Positions 26,618-34,298 of a stretch of 48,865 nt of DNA are shown here, piece after piece. A program made the position numbers and the translations under genes. Position 1 is the stretch's first letter. Every line of letters begins with the position of its first letter. The notes under the pieces are model-generated. The model did not search any database and was not told the origin of the DNA. It saw only the letters and a list, made by a program, of their open reading frames with translations. Source of the stretch: Chloroflexota bacterium (lineage in GTDB: Bacteria; Chloroflexota; Anaerolineae; Aggregatilineales; J027); assembly GCA_022616515.1 (NCBI GenBank), contig JAKEEQ010000091.1:1-48865 (forward strand), in the 5' to 3' direction.

Positions 26618-27556
26618 CTATTGCTGTGGACGGCGTGCCTCGACAACCACCCACTCGCCAGATGTCCGCCTTTTATACGGTTCTAAGCCCGCTTTACGCA
26701 GTGCCTCTTCAACCTCATCCACCTGATCGTAGATGATACCGCCAAACACTCCTACCCCACCGGGCCGGATGATTTGGCCCAAGCCTTCATCACACATGGC
26801 AATGATGACCCGCGCCAGAATATTGACCAGTGCCAGATCAAAGCGCCGCGCGGCATGAACCAGACTTTCGAGACTGCCACTTTGCGCCTGAATTTTGTCT
26901 CCTACGCCATTCCGCGCTGCATTTTCATTCGTCGCGGTAATGGCAAGGTCGTCAATGTCGAGGGCCAGCACATGCGCCGCACCGAGTTTGGCAGCGGCAA
27001 TACTCAAAATCCCCGACCCACAGCCGAGATCGAGCACACTTAATCCGGGACGTTCACCAACAATATCTTCTGTCGCCACCATGCAAAGCTGCGTGCTGGG
27101 ATGCGTACCTGTGCCAAACGCCATGCCCGGATCGAGCCGGACGATGATATCATCTGCTGACAGGTCTTCGAGAGTACTTGGGTCAATCCATTCCGGGCAA
27201 ATGTAGAGACGATTGCCCAATCGCAGCGGTTTATAGTGCACTTTCCACGCTTCGGCCCAATCTTCCTCTTCCAGATAACGGAATTCCGGTTCTGGCATTG
27301 GCGCAATCATGTTCATGTAGCGCAGGGCATCGCGTAGCTGCTGCTGTTTGTCAGGAGCGTTGGCATCGGCGGGCATATAGGCTTTGACGGTGAGTTCTTT
27401 AGCAGGGGGAATATCCTCTTCCCATTTATCCACCAGATCAAAGCCGGGGCGCTCGATTAGGACCCCCTGATGGCCGTACTTTTGCAGCACATCCACAATC
27501 GCTTCCGCATACTCACCTTCGGTGGTGAGCGAAATTTCAATCCATTGTTTTGGCAA
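26618..27556 (-). CDS. prmA: Ribosomal protein L11 methyltransferase
   Basis: PrmA N-terminal domain (WIEISLTTEGEYAEAIVDVL) and SAM motif VLDLGCGSGILSIAAAKLGA. TTG start with GAAGGAAG RBS. Confidence 0.9.
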   Translation of the reverse strand: MPKQWIEISLTTEGEYAEAIVDVLQKYGHQGVLIERPGFDLVDKWEEDIPPAKELTVKAYMPADANAPDKQQQLRDALRYMNMIAPMPEPEFRYLEEEDWAEAWKVHYKPLRLGNRLYICPEWIDPSTLEDLSADDIIVRLDPGMAFGTGTHPSTQLCMVATEDIVGERPGLSVLDLGCGSGILSIAAAKLGAAHVLALDIDDLAITATNENAARNGVGDKIQAQSGSLESLVHAARRFDLALVNILARVIIAMCDEGLGQIIRPGGVGVFGGIIYDQVDEVEEALRKAGLEPYKRRTSGEWVVVEARRPQQ

Positions 27557-27710
27557 GGTGGCTTCCTTCAGTTTTGTTCAAAGATGCGGTCAATAATACC
27601 GCCAGATTTTTCGGTGGGGAAGGTTGCTCATTGGTCCACAGGGGCTACATAGCGGAGGCCGCCAGCGACCTCCCTACTGCGTGTAGACTAACTATAATTA
27701 ATTGGCTGGC

Positions 27711-29198
27711 CTAAAACCCTGTCGTCTCTGGGCGGCGATACTGGATAAGCCGCTGCAACGCCTTCAACTCATAAGGCCACGCATACCACTCCATCTTGTA
27801 GCGGATGGTTGATAGTCCTCGCAGCGCATTACGCATATAACCACGCAGGCGCATATCCGTTACAGTTGGATAATAGGCATTGACCACTGACTCAAAATCG
27901 CGCACCTTGCGCCGTGCTTTGTCTTTGAAGAAGGGCGTTTCCGGGTCACGCCGCAGTGAGAATGTTTCCCATGATGGGTCTGACCATTCATCCAGCGTTT
28001 GCGGGAATTGAAAGCCCAATGCTTTCGCCGCCTGCAACAATTCGCTGCGGTCATGCGGAACGGGCGTGTAGATGTACAGAATCAACTCCACCGCCGGGTT
28101 AATCTTCTTCAACTTACGGATAAATTGAATGGTGCAGTCAATGTCCGCCATTGGGTCCGGCGGATTGCCCAGCACAAAGCTGAATTCCGGCACAATGCCC
28201 AGCTTTGCCATGCGCTCGGCAACATATAATGTGCGCTCTGTGCCGCTCTTGCCACCCTTATTCATGAGCTTCAAGGTTTCATCCGAGCCGCTCTCGGCAC
28301 CCATGAAAATCATTTTGCAGCCAGACTGTTTCATTTTCTGCCATGTGGCGTCGCTGTAATTGCTGAGTGTATCAACCCGACCCAACCCCCACCATGTCAG
28401 GCCAAAGCGTTCCATACGGTCCGAGATTTCCGCCACGCGATCCTCTCTGATGAAGAAATCCATGTCGTGGAATTCCATCCCGTTCGCGCCGTATTTGTTG
28501 GCGAGGATGTCCATGACTGTCTCGACACGTTCCGGACTTTCCGGCAGCCAGCGTTGATTCACCATGCGCACCACTGCACAGAAACTGCACGAAAATGGGC
28601 AGCCAAAACTGGAATGATGGGACAGCACCGCATTACCGAGATAGCTCCTACCGCGATAATCCGCCATGTTGACGCGATGATAGGGGAACAGCGGCAAATT
28701 ATCGAGCGGGACCATTGGCGCACGCGGATTTTGCGTGACCGAACCATTTTGCCACACCAGACCGGGAACCTCCGCCAGACTCCCGCCATGATGAATGGTG
28801 TCTACCAATTTGCGGAAAGCAGGTTCGCCCTGTCCCTCCACCGCATAATCCACATAACCACTCTGCACGACAATATCGCCAAAATGAGTCGGGAAATAGC
28901 CGCCCCAGACGATTGCCATTTCAGGAACAGCCGCCTTGACCACCTTACTTACGGCGATAGCCTGCCGGAGTTGAGGACCGGGCATCACCGTCACGCCCAG
29001 CAACTTGGCCTTTGTTGCCCGCGCCCGTTCGATGATGTGCGTTGCCACATCATCAATCAGGTTGCCATCAATAATCTCCGGCGTATAGTCGCCTTCAATG
29101 ACCCGCGCAATCGACAGCAGTGACATTGGAAGCCGCTGTTTGCCGGGGGTGGTACTCAGTGGATTATATAGCAGGACGGTTGGTCCAGTGGGTTCCAT
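27711..29198 (-). CDS. B12-binding-domain radical SAM protein
   Basis: N-terminal Rossmann-like B12 domain (VLLYNP...LLGVTVMPGPQ) and radical SAM cluster motif FGCPFSCSFCAV (CxxxCxxC). GGGAGGA RBS. Confidence 0.88.
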   Translation of the reverse strand: MEPTGPTVLLYNPLSTTPGKQRLPMSLLSIARVIEGDYTPEIIDGNLIDDVATHIIERARATKAKLLGVTVMPGPQLRQAIAVSKVVKAAVPEMAIVWGGYFPTHFGDIVVQSGYVDYAVEGQGEPAFRKLVDTIHHGGSLAEVPGLVWQNGSVTQNPRAPMVPLDNLPLFPYHRVNMADYRGRSYLGNAVLSHHSSFGCPFSCSFCAVVRMVNQRWLPESPERVETVMDILANKYGANGMEFHDMDFFIREDRVAEISDRMERFGLTWWGLGRVDTLSNYSDATWQKMKQSGCKMIFMGAESGSDETLKLMNKGGKSGTERTLYVAERMAKLGIVPEFSFVLGNPPDPMADIDCTIQFIRKLKKINPAVELILYIYTPVPHDRSELLQAAKALGFQFPQTLDEWSDPSWETFSLRRDPETPFFKDKARRKVRDFESVVNAYYPTVTDMRLRGYMRNALRGLSTIRYKMEWYAWPYELKALQRLIQYRRPETTGF

Positions 29199-29327
29199 GT
29201 TGGATGTGTCCTCCCCTGAAGTTTATACAGTCAGTATACCAATTTTTACGTCAGTTACGTTTATTTGGATCAATTCTCTGGTTGAAGAAGTCCGGTGTTA
29301 CAATTATGGAAAGTGCAGAGGTCCACC

Positions 29328-30431
29328 ATGAACTTGAAAACATTTCACGCCAGTTCAATTGATAGTGCCCAGGATCATCTGGACGCGCTGGTTACCGGTG
29401 AGTTTGAACCTGTCCTCGCCATTGTATTCGCGTCGGTGGCACACGATCTTGAAAAATTAGGCGGTTTATTCTCGGCCTATAACATTCAAGTGTTTGGTGG
29501 AACATCTGCTGGTGAACTATTGGAAGATGGTGATGGCGATACAAACGTCTTTGCGGAAAATATTGTCGCGATGCTATTCGACCTCCCGGACGATACGTTT
29601 CTGCTCAAAATGTTCGATGGTGAAGGGTTGAGTTCACTGGAACGGGGTGAAATCATTGGCGATTGGATCGCCACGCAGACATTTGAAAATCCCGCTGTGC
29701 TGCTGATGACATCTGGAATGCGCACTGATGGTGAGGCGATCATCAATGGCATTATCAGCCAGACATCGCCTGATCTGCCGCTGTACGGGGGTATGACAGG
29801 GGACGACAATCATTTTCAACAGACATTTGTTTTTGACAGCGAACAGGTGCTGGATAACAGTGCCATTGCCCTCGTTTTCGATCAGGATAGGATCAGCGTG
29901 GAGGGGACAGCCTATGCTGGCTGGAAGGCGGTCGGTGGCGAGAAGACAGTCACCCGGTCAGAAGGCAATATCGTCTACACCATTGACTACATCCCGGTGA
30001 CCGACATCTACCACGAATATCTCGGCTTTACCGAAGACTCCAAACCTGAACTGGCACCCCAATATCCCCTGCAAATCTTGCGCCGTGATGGATACGCGGT
30101 CATGCGGGCCGCACTGATTGTCGATTTTGAAAACAAATATGTGGTGTATGCCGGAAGCGTTCCCGAAGGCGCGATTGTCCGCTTTTGTGTACCGCCGGGA
30201 ACGGACATTATCGACGATACGTTACAAGAATTTGCAATTTTTCATGAAACTCAGGTGTCCGAAGCAGATGCCCTTGTGGACGAAATTCGTCCATTCCAGC
30301 AGTTGTGGAATGTGCCGCTCATCGGGTTTTATACATATGGGGAAATGGGAAGTCTGGGGCACAATCGGCTGGATTTCCATAACGAGACCTGTGTGCTTGT
30401 TACATTGAAGGACAACATCACGGATGGATGA
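29328..30431 (+). CDS. FIST-domain (FIST_N + FIST_C) sensory protein
   Basis: Family-typical ends: PVLAIVFASVAHDL near the N-terminus and PLIGFYTYGEMG...HNETCVLVTL at the C-terminus. ATG 29328 with GAGG RBS is preferred to 29295. Confidence 0.78.
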   Translation: MNLKTFHASSIDSAQDHLDALVTGEFEPVLAIVFASVAHDLEKLGGLFSAYNIQVFGGTSAGELLEDGDGDTNVFAENIVAMLFDLPDDTFLLKMFDGEGLSSLERGEIIGDWIATQTFENPAVLLMTSGMRTDGEAIINGIISQTSPDLPLYGGMTGDDNHFQQTFVFDSEQVLDNSAIALVFDQDRISVEGTAYAGWKAVGGEKTVTRSEGNIVYTIDYIPVTDIYHEYLGFTEDSKPELAPQYPLQILRRDGYAVMRAALIVDFENKYVVYAGSVPEGAIVRFCVPPGTDIIDDTLQEFAIFHETQVSEADALVDEIRPFQQLWNVPLIGFYTYGEMGSLGHNRLDFHNETCVLVTLKDNITDG

Positions 30432-31365
30432 CGACTTTAAGATTTTGAGTTCGCTGCTGGACCGTTATATCACAGATGACACTGATCACCATGCTGCGGT
30501 ATCTGCATTGCAACGACTTGCCAAATCTCACGAACGTCTGGATTTTTTACGTAAACGGGAGTTAGAAGAAAAAAGTATCCTCTCCAAACTGCTGGCAAAA
30601 ACCTCAAATGATCTTGAAAATGCTATCGCGCTGGCCCGCGATGCCAGCCGTGCTAAAAGCGCCTTCCTCGCCAATATGAGCCACGAACTACGAACCCCCT
30701 TAAATGCCATCATTGGCTATGTTGATTTAATCCTGACCGGCTCGTATGGAGAATTAAGTGAAGTTCAACATGACCGGCTATCACGAGTTAGCCAGAATGC
30801 ACGGCACTTGCTGGGGTTGATTAATGATATTCTTGACCTCAGCAAGATTGAGGCAGGTAAAATGGACATCGTTCCCCAGCTATTTGAAGCCAAAGCCATC
30901 GTCCATCAAGCGGTCGATTCGGTCAGACCCATTGCCGCACGTAATGAAAATGAAATTATTGTTGATATGCCTGCCAAACTCGGCATTATGGAGTCCGATC
31001 CAACCCGACTGCGCCAGATTTTGCACAACCTGTTGAGTAATGCCTGCAAGTTTACCAGCGCGGGACATGTCATTGTCACTGCGGAGCGATTTAGCGTGGA
31101 TGAAGTGGAATGGATGCGATTTTCGGTGGAAGACAGTGGCATCGGGATGAACGAGGAACAGCTAGAGCACATCTTTGACGAATTTGTTCAGGGCGACGAA
31201 ACCTCCACCCGTATCTACGAAGGTACAGGGCTGGGGCTGGCAATCACGCGCCGCTTATGTGATATTCTGGGCGGCAAAATCATGGTTGAAAGTGTCCTCG
31301 GCGAAGGGTCAATCTTTACCGTTGAAGTACCCGCCTTTCATGAATCTGTGGCAAGAAGTAAATGA
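30424..31365 (+). CDS. Soluble histidine kinase (coiled coil + HisKA + HATPase_c) with no sensor or TM domain
   Basis: H-box FLANMSHELRTPLNAIIGY, N-box LLSNACKFT, G1 DSGIGM, G2 GTGLGLAI. The ATG overlaps the FIST stop by 8 nt. Confidence 0.9.
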   Translation: MDDDFKILSSLLDRYITDDTDHHAAVSALQRLAKSHERLDFLRKRELEEKSILSKLLAKTSNDLENAIALARDASRAKSAFLANMSHELRTPLNAIIGYVDLILTGSYGELSEVQHDRLSRVSQNARHLLGLINDILDLSKIEAGKMDIVPQLFEAKAIVHQAVDSVRPIAARNENEIIVDMPAKLGIMESDPTRLRQILHNLLSNACKFTSAGHVIVTAERFSVDEVEWMRFSVEDSGIGMNEEQLEHIFDEFVQGDETSTRIYEGTGLGLAITRRLCDILGGKIMVESVLGEGSIFTVEVPAFHESVARSK

Positions 31366-32210
31366 ATGTAGCAGATTGGCAGTCATCGGGCGACTATATT
31401 GATTTTCAGGGGCATAAAATCTTTGTACGTGTCGAGGGCGAGGGCGACCCGATCTTGGTTCTACACGGTTTTCCGACTGCCAGTTATGATTATGTCCGGT
31501 TAGTGCCCCTACTTGCTGACCGCTATCGCCTTTACCTGTTTGATTTTCTGGGCTATGGATTTTCTGACAAGCCACAGGGCCACCATTATTCCCTGTTTGA
31601 ACAAGCCGATATTACGCAGGCCGTCGCCAGTCATTTCGGCTTAAGCGATGTCACCATCCTAACGCACGACATGGGAAATTCTGTCACGCTTGAGTTACTG
31701 CGCCGACCACATCCAACTGTCAACCGTATTATCATGCTAAATGGCAGTGTTTTATTGGACCATTACCGCCCGGTGATTACCCAAAAGCTGCTCCTCAATC
31801 CGTTAATCGGGCCAATCATCAGCAAATTCAGGCTCATCCGAAAGCCAGTATTCGCCCGGCAATTTGGTAAATTATTCGCTCAGCAGCCGTCAAACAAAGA
31901 AATTGATGATTTCTGGCAACTGATTCTTCACAACAACGGAATCGCTAATTATCATCTGCTCATCCGTTATCTCAACGAACGCAAAGTCCACCAGCACATG
32001 TGGCTGGATGTGTTGAAAGCCAGTACAACACCGCTAACGGTCATCTGGGGCCAGCGTGACCCGGTTTCGGTGCCGAAGATTGCTGAGGCCATTCTGGAGC
32101 GTCGCCCGGATACCGATTACTATCCACTGGATGATGTTGGGCACTTTCCGCAGTGGGAAGCGCCGCAGCGGATAGCAAGCATCATCAATGAGCGGTCTGG
32201 AATTTTTTAA
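31362..32210 (+). CDS. Alpha/beta hydrolase, epoxide-hydrolase/MEST-like (Asp nucleophile)
   Basis: HGFPTASYDY oxyanion motif. The nucleophile elbow THDMGNSV has Asp in place of Ser. ATGA overlap with the kinase stop. Confidence 0.82.
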   Translation: MNVADWQSSGDYIDFQGHKIFVRVEGEGDPILVLHGFPTASYDYVRLVPLLADRYRLYLFDFLGYGFSDKPQGHHYSLFEQADITQAVASHFGLSDVTILTHDMGNSVTLELLRRPHPTVNRIIMLNGSVLLDHYRPVITQKLLLNPLIGPIISKFRLIRKPVFARQFGKLFAQQPSNKEIDDFWQLILHNNGIANYHLLIRYLNERKVHQHMWLDVLKASTTPLTVIWGQRDPVSVPKIAEAILERRPDTDYYPLDDVGHFPQWEAPQRIASIINERSGIF

Positions 32211-32287
32211 ACGAATATTATAAAATTTACGCGAAGCCAACTGTTCGCTGCCGAAAGGAGACCCGTACCACTACGGTACGATTTCTG

Positions 32288-32953
32288 ATGTCGATTAGTC
32301 CCGTAATGCAAGAATATCTGGCCGAAGCCTATCGCATCGCTGCCTATCAGGATACACCCTATGTAAGTACCTCGGCACTGGCGACCGAAATGGGCGTATC
32401 TGCACCGGCTGTAGCGCGTATGGCGAGCCGTTTGCGTGATGCCGGATACATAGAACACGAACCGTATCAGGGAATGAAGCTTACCGCCTCTGGTGAACGC
32501 GAAGCCCTGAGCGCTATTCGTCGTCATCGACTTGCTGAAGTGTTTCTCGTCAAAGTCATGGGCTTTGGCTGGCATGAGGTACATGACGAAGCCGATGCGA
32601 TGGGTACGGCGATCACCGAACGGATTGCCGAGCGGATGGAAGAAATGGCTGAATTTCCCAAACGCTGTCCGCATGGGGAGCCGATTCCAGATCGCGACGG
32701 CCAGATGCCGCGCGTTAACGATAATTGTCTTGCCGATGTCGAGCCACCCATTGATCTTGTGGTGAGTCGGGTCCACACGCACGATCCGGCGGTATTGATG
32801 TATCTTGAGGAATTGGGATTGGTCCCCGGTAAAAAAGTTAAACTCGTATCCCGTGCCCCGTTTAACGGTCCCCTGCGCCTTGAAATCGACCGCTACGAAC
32901 AGGTCATCGGTGCCGAACTTGCGGGTGTACTCCGGGTTTCAGCAAGCAAATAG
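32288..32953 (+). CDS. DtxR/MntR-family metal-dependent transcriptional regulator with C-terminal FeoA/SH3-like domain
   Basis: QEYLAEAYRI..., wHTH TSALATEMGVSAPAVARMASRL, RHRLAEVFL, metal-site region HDEADAMG, and a C-terminal LMYLEELGLVPGKKVKLV. Confidence 0.85.
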   Translation: MSISPVMQEYLAEAYRIAAYQDTPYVSTSALATEMGVSAPAVARMASRLRDAGYIEHEPYQGMKLTASGEREALSAIRRHRLAEVFLVKVMGFGWHEVHDEADAMGTAITERIAERMEEMAEFPKRCPHGEPIPDRDGQMPRVNDNCLADVEPPIDLVVSRVHTHDPAVLMYLEELGLVPGKKVKLVSRAPFNGPLRLEIDRYEQVIGAELAGVLRVSASK

Positions 32954-32975
32954 TCGATATTTGTGGCATTTCTGA

Positions 32976-33004
32976 GGGGGCAAGTGCTCCCTTTTTTGTT
33001 TTTT
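32976..33004 (+). terminator. Rho-independent terminator after the DtxR-family gene
   Basis: GGGGGC-AAGT-GCTCCC (one G:U pair) followed by TTTTTTGTTTTTT. Confidence 0.7.
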
Positions 33005-33073
33005 AGGAAAAATTAGTTTTAAGCAGACCAAAAAGCGTTACAATTAGACTTGAAAACCTATTGGAGGCGCGCC

Positions 33074-33487
33074 ATGAATTATAAGGTCGGATGGGTGATT
33101 CCGGCGCAGGTGCTGGGTGTAACATACTTCAACCCCATCGTAACATCGGAAGATTTAGATGGGGTTATTGAAACGACACAAAAACTTCTGGCAGGTATGA
33201 CACGTCAGTTTCATATCATTATTGACAATCGAATCGTCAAAATGGATTCGTTGACCACCCTTCAGCAAATGAAACAGATAGCCCCTTTCCTGGCGAACTA
33301 CCACTTGCGAGAAGTGGTGATGGTAGTGCCACTCGACACTAAGGAACTACCGGAGCCTCAATCGGATGGCTATATCACCCTGACGTATGTTCGATCCATC
33401 GAAGAGGCGATTGAATATCTGGACGATGTAGATGAATTTCTTGATGTCGCTGACATGGATGCCCGATTCTTCCCGGAGCATACGTAA
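33074..33487 (+). CDS. Hypothetical small alpha/beta protein (possibly STAS/SpoIIAA-like)
   Basis: GGAGG lies 7 nt upstream of ATG 33074. The stop TAA is followed directly by the next ATG. No catalytic motif. The fold guess rests only on the alternating hydrophobic pattern. Confidence 0.5.
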   Translation: MNYKVGWVIPAQVLGVTYFNPIVTSEDLDGVIETTQKLLAGMTRQFHIIIDNRIVKMDSLTTLQQMKQIAPFLANYHLREVVMVVPLDTKELPEPQSDGYITLTYVRSIEEAIEYLDDVDEFLDVADMDARFFPEHT

Positions 33488-34291
33488 ATGTTTCGCGATG
33501 TATCCTTAGCACAGACTATAGAAAACCTATCTACCCATCCCGATGTGATGGGTATTTTATTGATCGGTTCAACCGCCAACCAACTCAAGTCTCATAGCGA
33601 TCTCGATATTCTCATCATCGTCAAAGATGGCTTCCCAATTGATGTTGCGTTAACCTATATCGACAACAGACTGACTGATCTTGTCTTTCGTCCTGTGACG
33701 CTGCTTGAAAATTTCCCTCAGGTCGTTCAAGGTGGAACATCCGAGGCATCCATTGTTAACTGGTTTAGAACTGGCAAAATCGTCTTTGACCATGACGGAA
33801 CTCTGAAGACAATTCAGGAACAAGCTACCGCTGTGCAAATAGTCCCCAACGAGAATTTTCGGGCAGGCGCACAATTTGGGGTACTCTATAACTATCACCA
33901 GAATCTGCGGCTGTGGAGGTCTGGTGACCAGCTATATCACGAAGCATTACAAATGCGTCTATTGTATGCGCTGAGCGATATAATGATCTCATATTTCTAC
34001 TTGCGCGGCGAAACCTGGACTGGTGAAAAAGATGCCATTCGCTACTGGCAGGCCCATGATGCCGATTATTATCACCTGTTCAGGACAACAATGTCTACGA
34101 CCGACCTCAATGAGAAATTCGCCCTCTATGAGCAGCTCGTTGAATTGACATTGCAACCTGTTGGCGGTTTGATAAAAGAGAACCTGCCGATTATTCAGCC
34201 TGTTGATTGGCAAGACAGCAACATCAAGCATCCCGAATTGTCCGCTTTGTTGAGAAGTTTACTCGCAGATCAGAATTCCCCTATCGATTAG
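33488..34291 (+). CDS. Pol-beta-superfamily nucleotidyltransferase with C-terminal helical domain (KNTase/ANT-like architecture)
   Basis: Minimal NTase signature GILLIGS(27-28)...SDLDILIIV(38-40), i.e. G-S...DxD, followed by an about 150-aa helical region. Confidence 0.68.
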   Translation: MFRDVSLAQTIENLSTHPDVMGILLIGSTANQLKSHSDLDILIIVKDGFPIDVALTYIDNRLTDLVFRPVTLLENFPQVVQGGTSEASIVNWFRTGKIVFDHDGTLKTIQEQATAVQIVPNENFRAGAQFGVLYNYHQNLRLWRSGDQLYHEALQMRLLYALSDIMISYFYLRGETWTGEKDAIRYWQAHDADYYHLFRTTMSTTDLNEKFALYEQLVELTLQPVGGLIKENLPIIQPVDWQDSNIKHPELSALLRSLLADQNSPID

Positions 34292-34298
34292 TGTGTAT

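Noticed and set aside
27557-27710. GGAGG...CCTCC hairpin (about 27652-27672) after the radical SAM gene as a terminator
   Set aside because: The stem is only 5 bp with a 10-nt loop and no following T-run on the minus strand. The evidence is too weak to call a terminator or an RNA element.
32207-32782. 191-aa minus-strand ORF
   Set aside because: It is antisense to the DtxR-family regulator, whose HTH and metal-site segments are recognisable. Shadow ORF.
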